A stretch of 35,128 nt of DNA, taken from IMG/VR virus record IMGVR_UViG_3300025390_000022, positions 1-35,128 of that record. One strand, given 5' to 3'. Within the stretch, counting starts at the first letter, position 1. Every line of letters begins with the position of its first letter. A program made the translations under genes and the position numbers. The notes beneath the pieces were generated by a model, which was not told the origin of the DNA, did not search any database, and saw only the letters and a list, made by a program, of their open reading frames with translations. The stretch is from a virus. Its lineage: Duplodnaviria > Caudoviricetes. Positions 16,201 to 25,147 of this stretch are shown piece after piece.

Positions 16201-19200
16201 AGATGCTGGGATTCAGTCAACAGCCGCCTTGGTGGACAACAGAATATGGTCCGGCTCCCTATACCAGTGGCAATACCTATATGTGGAGTGATCTAGCAGC
16301 TGGTATCATAAGACAGGGTCCACGAGCTGGAGTGTACCTACCAGGTGTGCGACCAGGTCTGCTGTCCTGCATACCAGTGGATGCACAAGGCAACCTACTG
16401 CCGCCAGTGACTGCAGGCTGTGTGATTGCTGCTCCTGGCATAGATCAGGCCAAGGCCGCCTGGGTATTTGGTGATGGATCCCCTGTGGAAACTGTGTGGA
16501 TCTACAGCAACGAATACACCTTTGTCACTGCTCAATACAGTTACCTCATGAAACCCGCGCAGTTCATAGAGTACAACTGGGACACACTACGCACTGAAAC
16601 TGTGTTTGCAGATCAGCCAACAGCACAGACCATCTATATAGATACAGACAATCGTCGACCCAACAGCCAACTGTATGTGCACAGAGAAGATCCCAGTGCC
16701 ATCAATGGCAATCTCAGCATACCCAACGAAAGCACACTGTCATACTATGGCAGCGGCGGTATTCAGCACTGGATCAGTGAATATCTAGTGAGCCAAAGCC
16801 TCAATGTCACCCAGTATCTGGGCAGCATAGTGCGAGGCACAGCAGCACAGTTGGCACATCAGTGTGGTGGCTTTGTCACTGCAAATCTGTATCTCACAGC
16901 AGACAGCTTTGGACAGGTTGGCTACACCAGTCAGATCATACCCAGCGAAAATGTCAAAACATACCTCTACAAAAGCGCCAGTATACGTGAAAGCTTCTAC
17001 GGCGGTGTCATAGTCACACAAGTGGCAGCAGGCTGGAGAATCACCGGCTATGATGTGGTGGATCAGTATTTTGTGGTGATTCCCAGCAATCAGTTTGGTT
17101 CCAAAACCACTGTGGTTGTGGGTCATGACACAGTGTCATGGTACAAGACTGGAGTCAAAGCCGCACAACAAGTGTCTTATGGACAGATATTTGCCACCAA
17201 GCAACTGGTCTTTGATTTCTTGGTGAGTTTGCAGCGTTATCAGGAATTCCAGGGATTTGTATTTGATCAATACAATGCAGATGGCAACACCACTTATGAC
17301 TGGGTACAAAGCGGTCGAGAATTCCTACTTTGGAGCCAAGGCAACTGGGCCAATGGCAACTTCATTGCGCTGAGTCCGTTGGCCACAATGGTGAAATATG
17401 TGCAGCCATTTGGCAATGTGCAGTTTGTCAATGCCTTGGTCAGTGGCACATTCCCAGTGGTGGACAAACTGGGCTCGCGCATAGACGGTCAGAACTTAGA
17501 TGTGCTGCGCTATGACGATACCATAACCATAACACCCACAGGCACACAGACCATCTTTGGCATGAGACTGTTTGCCAACACTCTGGAAAGCGTGATCTTG
17601 ATTGACAATGTGACCAGTTTTGAAGACACTGTGTATGATCCCTTGTATGATCTGGCACAGCCAAGACTGCGCCTATTTGCCTATAGGACCAACGACTGGG
17701 ATGGCAGAGTGGATGCTCCAGGATTTTTCCTCTATCAAAACGGCACAGACAATCAGTGGAATCTGGTCACCAATTTTGAAAAGACTGCCAACGACTTTAC
17801 CAAATACTACAACATAGATCAGCCCAAAAACTACAGCACCATTGACCCCATCACCGGCAATTTGGTGGTCAATACCACAAGTTTGGCTGCAGTAGACGAT
17901 GCCACTATCAGTGCATTGAGCAAGCATCAGATTGGCTATCAACACAGACCCTATTTGGCCAATCTGTTGCTGGAAGAAAGCACAGAGTTCCAATTCTATC
18001 AAGGATTCATACGACAAAAGGGCACTGTGAAAAGCTTTGATGCGCTGCTGCGCAATCAAACCATAGTGCCTAGTACCAGCACTTATGTATATTATGAAGA
18101 ATATGCGCTGCGTACCAGCAGATATGGCAGCACAGCACTGAACATCGACATTGATTTCATAATTCCTCAGCATCAGTATCTCAATGATCCGCAGCAGATA
18201 CAGGTGTTTGGTCTACAGAGCACTGATCGTGAGTTGGACAGTGTGATCACTTTGATACCAAATGATCCTTTGATTGTGGTACCACCTATCAGCTATAGCA
18301 GTGTGACCAATCCACTGTTCCCGCTGAATACCACCACTGAGCCAAACTATGCTACAGATCTGCCCACAGCCGGCTATCCTCTGATAGGCGAGACCACATT
18401 CACAGTGGCCAATGCCACAGTGCTGAGCTCTTTCTGGGAAACACAAAATGCAGCCAATGCCAGCATAGTCAACGGTGACACCGTATGGCAGTTTATAGAT
18501 GAAGTCAGAGGATGGAATACCTGGAAATTCTCCACAGCCAATGTCAACATAGTCAACACCACACCCAGTATCGGATCTGGCAATCCCACTGTGATCAATT
18601 GCAACGGCAATGTGGGACTCAGCACAGGTGATCTCATAGTGCTGGATGGCATTGCCAATGTCAGTGCTCTGCAGGGCAGCTTCTATGTGGGCAACATAGT
18701 GGGCCATGGACGCAGCTTTGAAGTTGGAGTCAACACCTTTACCGTTGGTACCGGTGGCAATGTCTCTGCCTACAAGACCACTAGATTCGCCACCACACTG
18801 CAGCGAGATACCAGTCCGCCCCTCAACGGGTGGCAGACTGGCGACATCAGTTATGTGGACCACAGCAACTACGGCATCAACGGTTGGACAGTGTATCAGT
18901 ATCTCAATCATGCGTGGATGCCAATACGCACTCAGACCTATGATGTAAACGTCGATGGCATGCAGCAGGCCAAACTCTATAGCCTAAGTCGAGGTCAGGT
19001 ATACACATATTTGGACTACTATGACCCAGCCAAAGGTGCCATTCCTGGTCAGGCACGCAAGAATTTGGATCGCATCAGCTACTTTGATCCTGCAAACTAC
19101 AACACTGGCAACACTGCAGTTTATGCACTGGATCCCATGCGTGCCTGGGGTGTGGAACATGTGGGCGAAACTTGGTGGGATATATCAGCTGTGCGGTATT

Positions 19201-22200
19201 ATGATTATGAGATCGGTACCAACAGCTATCGCTGGCAGAACTGGGGCAAGATAGCCCCTGGGACTCGGGTCAACATCTATGAGTGGGTTGAAAGTCCTGT
19301 GAATCCCAGTCAATGGTCCATATATGTGGCTAACCAAAGCAGCTTCAGCCAGTATGGCCTTGATTATGTGCCCACAGGCACAGTGTATAATGTCAATGAT
19401 CCGCCATATACACAAAATACCACATACAATGCTGCCAACACCCCACAGACTCGCTATTACTTCTGGGTCAGCAATGCCACAACCCTGCCTTTGCCACCTG
19501 GTCGCAGAGTTACCACACTGCAGATCAGCAATTTCTTGACCAATCCCAGCGCCTATGCATTGCCTTGGTATGCAGCCATAGACTCACGTACCATATTGGT
19601 CAGTGGTATAGGACGGTATCTCAGCAATCAAGACACAGTGTTGAGTCTGCAGTACACTCACCAGGCCAACAATCAGATTGACTACAAGCAATATGATCTG
19701 GTTCGAGAGCATGATCCAGACAGCATTCCTGAAAACTTCTTCTGGCTCAAGCTGAAAGACAGTCTCACCGGCAAAGATGGACAGGATGAAAACGTACCAG
19801 ATCCCTATCTCAGCACGGTGATGCGCTATGGTACCTTGATACGTCCAAGGCAGAGTTGGTTTCAATATCGGGTGTTGGCAGCCCAGACCTATGTCAGCTC
19901 TGCCAACACACTGCTGAACACCATACTGCTGGTACCAGATATCAATCGTGGCAGCTGGGTGAATTATTTTTATATCGCTGAGCCGCCACCCCAGTCAGAC
20001 TACACAGTGGGCAGCTTGAGCAGCATGTATGCTCTGGGCGGCACCATACCCAATGGCAGCACCATTGTGGTGCTGGCTGGCCCAGACACACAGAATCTAT
20101 GGACTCAGTATCAATACAGTTTCAATAATGGCCAATATCTTTGGACAGAGTTGGCAGTGCAGGCCTACAACACACCCAATTATTGGACCTATGTGGATTG
20201 GTATCTGTTGGGCAGTGGAGTGACCAGCACCACTGTGGTGAATTTCACCGTGGCCACAGATGCCGATCGCCAACCCTACCAAGGCATCAGTGGCGTGCTG
20301 ATCAAGGTTCTGAACCGCGGCGATGGCTACTGGGCCATATATCAATGGCAGGGTGATAGTGTGTTGGGCACTTGGATCACAGTGGGCTATCAAAATGGCA
20401 CTGTGCAGATCAGCACAGGTGTATACGATGGTTCTGTCAACACCATGTTGTTTGGCACCACGCCCTTTGACAGCACAGGATTTGACATATTTCCGCATGC
20501 AGAGTTTGGCAACATCATTGATGGCCTGCGCTATGCCATCTTCAACAATCCAAATCCTGCTGTGCCTGGCGAAAGTGTGTATCTAAATAAACTATTCTTT
20601 GCCATGATCAACTATGTGTTGGTGGAACAGGGATTTGTGGATTGGATATTCAAAACCAGTTTTATCTATCTCAGAGGTTTCAACATACCACTGACCACAA
20701 GTCTGCTGTATCAACCTGACTATGGTGATGCACTGCTGAGCTATCTCAACGAAGTCAAACCATATCATGCCAAGGTGCGTACCTTTATCAATCAATACAC
20801 CTGGACTGACAGCTCGCAGATCAGTACTACAGATTTTGACAATCCAGCCAATGTCAGTGTCAGTACCAACATTGCCTATAGCAATGCAGCATGGCAACAG
20901 AACTATCTCAGCCATCCTCAACTGATCAGAACGTTGAAGATCAGACTGTTGTTTGACCGTGTGGCATCTGGCCAAATAGGCACAGCGCAACCACAACAGG
21001 GGGCATTCTACCGGATACAGCAATATTATGCTCCCACTGCAGGCATGATACCAGCGGATGACCCTGCATTGATACCGGGTGCGGATTATCGAGGCATCAT
21101 CATGCAAAGTCTGGGATTTGCATTTGCTCCTGGCTGGAGTCTTGCACCCTGGAACAGTCCCACTGGTTGGGACGCAGGCGCAGCTGCCTTTAGTGCCTAC
21201 TATGATATATTTGTACAGGGCGGTCAGGTGCCGCAGTATGATCAGTATTATGGAACAGGCAGCAGAAAAGCCTATACGCTGAGCCGTGTGCCGCAAAACC
21301 CTGCACATGTTGTGGTATGGAGCGACGGAGTGCTGCGCCAGTATGGAGTGGATTGGTTGATTCCCAACAGTGTTTCTGCACTGCAGCTGGTGTCAGCTGG
21401 TACAGGATATCAAGTGGGTGATCAGTTGTATCTGGATCTCTTGCCCCGAGTGGCACCAACTGACCTCACAGTCACAGCAGTGGACAGTCAGGGTGGTATC
21501 ACAGCCTGGACAGTGAACACCACTGGCACCTATGACATATTCACAGCACAGTCCATACCGGCGGCCTATCAGGCATATGCTGTGGGCACAGGCATTGGTG
21601 CCAGCTTCAATGCTGTGTGGGCTGCCAACACACTGATATTCTTCACTGCACCCAGCAGCAGTGCCACACCCAATGTGTTTGTGCTGTATGTGGGCACTAC
21701 CTTCTTACCGGCACCAACAGGACCCATTGACATCATAAATGATGGCAGCGGATTCTCACAGCCATATGTGGAATCTGGTCATCCAGAAGAGCTGTATCAG
21801 CTGATACTGCCCGAAAGCGTGAGGTTGGATACCTATCAGTCTGCCATAGGCGGTGCTCCAGTGATATACATGCGCATCTGGCAGTTGGACGGCAGGCGCG
21901 ATCACTTCCCTCTTGGCATAGCTCCCATGGATCAAAGTGCAGTTATTGCTCAGATAGACGGCCGCATGCTGACATATGGTTTGAACAATGACTATGTGAT
22001 CAACTACAGCACCAACAGTTTGGTTTTTCTCATACCACCAAACGGCAGTCGTCTACAGATCATCACCATTGGACCTGGCGGCAGCGGCACCAGCATAACC
22101 AATCCCCAGGTGGTCAGCGGCGGTCGGGGCTATCTACCGGGCGACCGTGTGACACTGGCAGGTGGCAACACCCTGGCCAGCAACCCAGCGATTCTGCAGG

Positions 22201-24362
22201 TCACAGCAGTACAGGCTGCCAATGCCACAATAACCAGCGGTGGCATGGGCTATCTGCCTGGTGATGTGCTGATACTCAAACCAGACAGCACCACCAGCAT
22301 GACCAGGGCATTGGAGCTAACTGTCAGCACTGTGAATGCCCTGACCGGCACCATCACTGCTGTGAGCATAGCCCAGTCTGGCATATACAATTATCTGCCA
22401 CAAACCACAAGATGGCTGACCAATGGAGCAGGATCTGGTGCTGCTATCAACATCAGTTGGGCAGTGCAATCTGTGATCACAAGCAGTCCCGGCAACTACA
22501 GTGTGCGGCCATCGCAGCCTGTGGCTCAACAGAGCAGCAGCGGTGCAGGTTTGGGCGCCACATTTGCAGTGCTGTGGAGTGCAGTGAAGTCTACCAATGT
22601 GTATGCCACCGATGGCACAGAGACAGTCTTCACAGTGGATGTGCCACCTCAGAACAATGCCACCAGTCTGCTGTTTATTACCAACAATGGGCAGGTACTG
22701 AACGGTACCAACCACAGAATCACTGCCAACGGCCGACTGATAACCATTTCACCTGCACCGCTTGCTGGCACAGTGAGCATCACAGTATTGAGTACCAGCA
22801 AATACAGCATAGTCAACGACCAAGAGCTGCTGCTACAGATAGGAGTCTATGCCTACACACTGAGTGAACCTCCGACCAGTACTCTGCCTCCCTATCTCAG
22901 CACCACAGTGAGCACAGGCGGCAAGCTGCTGCCAGGGCCACAAATGGATGTCTATAGTGCCTCAGGCTATACCAACGTATTCGCCGCTGCCTACATGCCC
23001 AGTGATCCCAGCTATCTCTTGGTATATGTGCAGGATTATCAGCTGACCTACAATGTGGATTACCAAATATCAGGCAACAATGTGCTGTTAAACACTGTGC
23101 CTGCACAGGGCCTCCTAGTGAGTTTGGTGTGCATTGACCCATTCTTTGGCTACAATTATCTAATAACCAATGGACTGATCATATTCCTTATCAATCCGCC
23201 CACAGCGTGGAATCTGGGAGCCTGGGACAACTACTTTGGCTGGGATGCTGTGTACCCTGTGACAGCACCCAGCACAGTCAAGGTCCTGACTTACAGCGAA
23301 GATGTGAGCTATAAGTTTGTGACCCAGACTGCTGTGGGACCTGCCTACCCAGCAATACCAGACAATGCCGCTGGCACCTATGTGTTGATCGCACCGCCGT
23401 ATGATGACAGCACACTGATGGTCTGGGTAAATGGAGTGATGCAGACACTGCTGTATGACTATGCTTTGGTCACAATTGGTGGTTTCAGTGCCTGGGATGT
23501 CACTGGTTGGCAACTGTATCCCTGGGAATTGGAATTTGCCGGGTCCAAGGCTGTGAGTTTCAGCAGCGGACCTGCGTTGACCAAAGGCCCTGTGGTCACC
23601 ATGCAGTACATGGCAGCACTGCCTGATGAACCTGCCATAGCCTGGCGCACCATCATGGCCAACGGTCAGACAGTCAGCACAGTGATCAGCGATGCCAACA
23701 AAACACTGCTGATCAGCACAGTATATGATCACAGCACCACCATAGAAGTGGCAGATATCACAGTGCTGCCCGTGCCCAGCGACACTGTGCCTGGCACCAT
23801 ATGGATTGACGATGAGCGCATAGACTATTGGCAGATGCAATCTGTGCCAACTAATGATTTGCCTCATCGTGGAGTGTTGAGTCAGCTGTTGCGCGGTAGC
23901 TTGGTTACTCCTGTGGGTAATGTCAGCACCGGCTATGACACCATCTTCTATGATGGAGATGGCGCCACCACACTGTTTGCCACTGGCAGCGGCACTAGAC
24001 CACCTGGTGGCAACATAGCTGTGTTTATAGGAGAACAGATACAGGTTGATACTGCCACTGATCAAAATGTTGGTACCTACACAGTGGTGATCAATCCATC
24101 TGTATCTCAACCAGGGACTTATGTGTCTTTTGTAACGCCTCCGCCTGTGGGATGGCGTAATGTGCGTCTTGCCAGCCCACGGTACGAAGCAACTAATGTC
24201 AGCAGCATCAGTCATTTGCCCGGCAGCACTGTGATAGCAGCTGGTGTGACTGAAACCATACCTGGTGGATATGGCTGGGTAGCCAGCAGCCAAGGGCTGC
24301 AGTACAATTCTACCAGTAGCTTGGCCAAATTCCTGCTGGCTCATCCTGGTACAAGGACATAA
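13287..24362 (+). CDS. Giant virion structural protein, probable gp7-like baseplate wedge/fibre scaffold, 3691 aa
   Basis: 11-kb uninterrupted ORF overlapping the gp6 stop; YSWSPPIDLDKLINF, FYQGFIRQKGT and YLNEVKPYHAKVR motifs; repeated Ig-like LxxGxDYxxxxNxxxF/L modules and GxGYxxGD repeats. Confidence 0.75.
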   Translation: MVDKRRVISLLPAVNQTDTLTKFFSATVDHMFQPESVEFLGGYIGSKPVYYDATKDFYVGEPTKSRQDYQLPVTAVSKNQSSGIPTNIMFYHDYVNSLQFQGALTTNQTRLFEQEYYSWSPPIDLDKLINFTDYYWVPFGPAPILLLNPTDLRADAVGQPHYTYNGAYQLTATGETKVGALTFSTGLIITPTADTTAAINGTSFIINNVGRSIQLLNNNGYIDPNWDDRGWDVTGWDGNAAVYVKDYLTLGRAPNPSNQWSLANRWFHIAVLTVSGTLATTVFQSRAARPIIEFDYDLQLYNSGFKGRASVSNILDNVPDVFGTIVGQTSYVINGRQLTDGDTILVVGDSHADVNNRVYQVGGLNTLGVITLALVGGAPLLGDAILVRYGTLSVQNISYTTAVQYWYNGMAWIMAQQKNQYAAPLFQLYDLYGNALNDPSVYPNSTFVGNSVFTYAVDVHAAIDSELGIQPLRDQFGNYVYNNTLVTDTSTYVSNGTVTAIVGYQYYRNNTLPVPQYNNAWYRSPVPSRQYIVNDFTISLPTASFTIDQVPEANPGLLPSIYVNLMANGLTTQLVQGTDYTVSGNTVTLAVPAVAGQRVLIRSWNNRDTPINTVGFYELPPNLTANANNQQVQTVTQSQFLQHFTSIIENQPDFSGSPLGVNDWRDTAQIRGLGLYILQHKAPLIKPMILSSGNITVGVSTVLNHTEPMQVMQYAQNQYVRFYNRFIQSLFQLSANGYTLNQTPDVWVSTALRQINLGKSPNSPWANSGPDGPQAGYTYLRSTAPTYVPPTGTRLGVSKAYQPTVSQEPQTVGYNLVIQCHDGARFVMAKDGLPLGSINYGLASTSDPLLLSNPVAAAWLQFELDLFNNMPDAYSNPQAQLALDIVAYLPGKWRRGHYTQSEYLQVTYPMFDRWVTTYQVDYRANTTYNINDPFTWNYNNIQDRDGQAVPGYWQGMYRWFYDTDRPHLAPWEMLGFSQQPPWWTTEYGPAPYTSGNTYMWSDLAAGIIRQGPRAGVYLPGVRPGLLSCIPVDAQGNLLPPVTAGCVIAAPGIDQAKAAWVFGDGSPVETVWIYSNEYTFVTAQYSYLMKPAQFIEYNWDTLRTETVFADQPTAQTIYIDTDNRRPNSQLYVHREDPSAINGNLSIPNESTLSYYGSGGIQHWISEYLVSQSLNVTQYLGSIVRGTAAQLAHQCGGFVTANLYLTADSFGQVGYTSQIIPSENVKTYLYKSASIRESFYGGVIVTQVAAGWRITGYDVVDQYFVVIPSNQFGSKTTVVVGHDTVSWYKTGVKAAQQVSYGQIFATKQLVFDFLVSLQRYQEFQGFVFDQYNADGNTTYDWVQSGREFLLWSQGNWANGNFIALSPLATMVKYVQPFGNVQFVNALVSGTFPVVDKLGSRIDGQNLDVLRYDDTITITPTGTQTIFGMRLFANTLESVILIDNVTSFEDTVYDPLYDLAQPRLRLFAYRTNDWDGRVDAPGFFLYQNGTDNQWNLVTNFEKTANDFTKYYNIDQPKNYSTIDPITGNLVVNTTSLAAVDDATISALSKHQIGYQHRPYLANLLLEESTEFQFYQGFIRQKGTVKSFDALLRNQTIVPSTSTYVYYEEYALRTSRYGSTALNIDIDFIIPQHQYLNDPQQIQVFGLQSTDRELDSVITLIPNDPLIVVPPISYSSVTNPLFPLNTTTEPNYATDLPTAGYPLIGETTFTVANATVLSSFWETQNAANASIVNGDTVWQFIDEVRGWNTWKFSTANVNIVNTTPSIGSGNPTVINCNGNVGLSTGDLIVLDGIANVSALQGSFYVGNIVGHGRSFEVGVNTFTVGTGGNVSAYKTTRFATTLQRDTSPPLNGWQTGDISYVDHSNYGINGWTVYQYLNHAWMPIRTQTYDVNVDGMQQAKLYSLSRGQVYTYLDYYDPAKGAIPGQARKNLDRISYFDPANYNTGNTAVYALDPMRAWGVEHVGETWWDISAVRYYDYEIGTNSYRWQNWGKIAPGTRVNIYEWVESPVNPSQWSIYVANQSSFSQYGLDYVPTGTVYNVNDPPYTQNTTYNAANTPQTRYYFWVSNATTLPLPPGRRVTTLQISNFLTNPSAYALPWYAAIDSRTILVSGIGRYLSNQDTVLSLQYTHQANNQIDYKQYDLVREHDPDSIPENFFWLKLKDSLTGKDGQDENVPDPYLSTVMRYGTLIRPRQSWFQYRVLAAQTYVSSANTLLNTILLVPDINRGSWVNYFYIAEPPPQSDYTVGSLSSMYALGGTIPNGSTIVVLAGPDTQNLWTQYQYSFNNGQYLWTELAVQAYNTPNYWTYVDWYLLGSGVTSTTVVNFTVATDADRQPYQGISGVLIKVLNRGDGYWAIYQWQGDSVLGTWITVGYQNGTVQISTGVYDGSVNTMLFGTTPFDSTGFDIFPHAEFGNIIDGLRYAIFNNPNPAVPGESVYLNKLFFAMINYVLVEQGFVDWIFKTSFIYLRGFNIPLTTSLLYQPDYGDALLSYLNEVKPYHAKVRTFINQYTWTDSSQISTTDFDNPANVSVSTNIAYSNAAWQQNYLSHPQLIRTLKIRLLFDRVASGQIGTAQPQQGAFYRIQQYYAPTAGMIPADDPALIPGADYRGIIMQSLGFAFAPGWSLAPWNSPTGWDAGAAAFSAYYDIFVQGGQVPQYDQYYGTGSRKAYTLSRVPQNPAHVVVWSDGVLRQYGVDWLIPNSVSALQLVSAGTGYQVGDQLYLDLLPRVAPTDLTVTAVDSQGGITAWTVNTTGTYDIFTAQSIPAAYQAYAVGTGIGASFNAVWAANTLIFFTAPSSSATPNVFVLYVGTTFLPAPTGPIDIINDGSGFSQPYVESGHPEELYQLILPESVRLDTYQSAIGGAPVIYMRIWQLDGRRDHFPLGIAPMDQSAVIAQIDGRMLTYGLNNDYVINYSTNSLVFLIPPNGSRLQIITIGPGGSGTSITNPQVVSGGRGYLPGDRVTLAGGNTLASNPAILQVTAVQAANATITSGGMGYLPGDVLILKPDSTTSMTRALELTVSTVNALTGTITAVSIAQSGIYNYLPQTTRWLTNGAGSGAAINISWAVQSVITSSPGNYSVRPSQPVAQQSSSGAGLGATFAVLWSAVKSTNVYATDGTETVFTVDVPPQNNATSLLFITNNGQVLNGTNHRITANGRLITISPAPLAGTVSITVLSTSKYSIVNDQELLLQIGVYAYTLSEPPTSTLPPYLSTTVSTGGKLLPGPQMDVYSASGYTNVFAAAYMPSDPSYLLVYVQDYQLTYNVDYQISGNNVLLNTVPAQGLLVSLVCIDPFFGYNYLITNGLIIFLINPPTAWNLGAWDNYFGWDAVYPVTAPSTVKVLTYSEDVSYKFVTQTAVGPAYPAIPDNAAGTYVLIAPPYDDSTLMVWVNGVMQTLLYDYALVTIGGFSAWDVTGWQLYPWELEFAGSKAVSFSSGPALTKGPVVTMQYMAALPDEPAIAWRTIMANGQTVSTVISDANKTLLISTVYDHSTTIEVADITVLPVPSDTVPGTIWIDDERIDYWQMQSVPTNDLPHRGVLSQLLRGSLVTPVGNVSTGYDTIFYDGDGATTLFATGSGTRPPGGNIAVFIGEQIQVDTATDQNVGTYTVVINPSVSQPGTYVSFVTPPPVGWRNVRLASPRYEATNVSSISHLPGSTVIAAGVTETIPGGYGWVASSQGLQYNSTSSLAKFLLAHPGTRT

Positions 24363-24365
24363 ATA
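24359..24365 (+). promoter_or_regulatory. Late promoter-like ATAAATA overlapping the stop codon of the giant gene
   Basis: GACATAAATAACACCATG; motif ends 5 nt before ATG 24371. Confidence 0.55.
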
Positions 24366-24370
24366 ACACC

Positions 24371-24505
24371 ATGGCCAAAGACCAATCCACTGTTCCGCCG
24401 CAGACACCACCCGTGCCAGATGAAGATGGTACTGTGTTGATCTATGGTTTCCTACAGATCAAAGATGCCAAGACAGGTCAGGTCTTGGTCAGTACCAGGA
24501 GCTAA
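24371..24505 (+). CDS. Small 44-aa protein, probably structural
   Basis: Below the ORF-track cutoff: MAKDQSTVPPQTPPVPDEDGTVLIYGFLQIKDAKTGQVLVSTRS; fills the intergenic gap exactly and resembles the N-terminus of the next gene. Confidence 0.75.
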   Translation: MAKDQSTVPPQTPPVPDEDGTVLIYGFLQIKDAKTGQVLVSTRS

Positions 24506-24509
24506 TCAC

Positions 24510-25106
24510 ATGCCCATGACAGAACACAGCGATCAACTGCTACGGGGTCATGTGCTGATACGTGACTACTGCACTGGCGAGATACTTGTAGACAAGATGA
24601 ATGCTATCAATTACGAAAATTGGAGCATCAGTTTGGCACGAACCATAGCAGATCGCCCCGATGGATGGATTCAGGAAATGTGCTTTGGCAATGGCGCTGC
24701 TGTGGTAAGTGAAATAGGCACCATAACCTATCTGCCACCAAATGTAGTGGGACAAACAGCAGAGCTATACAATCAAACCTACTACAAGGTGGTAAACGAT
24801 CAAAGTCCCTTGGATCTCAATCCTTCGCAGAATTATCTCAGCACTGCACATATAGACGGCACCACATACACAGATGTGATTGTCAATTGCCTGTTGGATC
24901 TGGGTGAGCCTGCTGGTCAAGATGCTTTTGACACAGCCACCAACTTATCTGGCTACTATGTGTTCAATGAACTGGGTCTCAGGGCCTACAGTGCCAATGG
25001 TCCCAACACCGGCCGACTGCTGACTCATGTGATTTTCAGTCCAGTACAGAAGAGCCTCAACAGGCAGATTCAAATTGTATACACCATCAGGATTCAGACG
25101 GTTTGA
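24510..25106 (+). CDS. Putative baseplate/fibre-attachment structural protein, 198 aa
   Basis: Start moved to ATG 24510 behind AGGAG. MCFGNG, LDLGEPAGQ, FNELGL and LLTHVIFSPVQKSLNRQIQIVYTIRI resemble tail-fibre N-terminal/baseplate attachment domains. Confidence 0.6.
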   Translation: MPMTEHSDQLLRGHVLIRDYCTGEILVDKMNAINYENWSISLARTIADRPDGWIQEMCFGNGAAVVSEIGTITYLPPNVVGQTAELYNQTYYKVVNDQSPLDLNPSQNYLSTAHIDGTTYTDVIVNCLLDLGEPAGQDAFDTATNLSGYYVFNELGLRAYSANGPNTGRLLTHVIFSPVQKSLNRQIQIVYTIRIQTV

Positions 25107-25112
25107 TCTGTT

Positions 25113-25120
25113 GCTAAATA
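25113..25120 (+). promoter_or_regulatory. Late promoter-like GCTAAATA
   Basis: Intergenic, 27 nt before ATG 25148 (same spacing as at 9444). Confidence 0.7.
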
Positions 25121-25147
25121 TGCCATCATACCCAGCAGGTGAAAGAC

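Noticed and set aside
20583-20606. CTAAATA inside the giant gene followed by an in-frame ATG at 20604 (possible internal late start)
   Set aside because: No SD; one 7-mer hit in 11 kb is compatible with chance.
23160-24410. 416-aa minus-strand ORF
   Set aside because: Antisense shadow of the giant gene; H/C/S-rich with no motifs; expected from the sense strand's codon bias.
25103-25109. TTGATCT recurring upstream of three late-promoter motifs (also near 627-633 minus and 6410)
   Set aside because: Spacing to the promoter motif is inconsistent and one copy includes a TGA stop codon.
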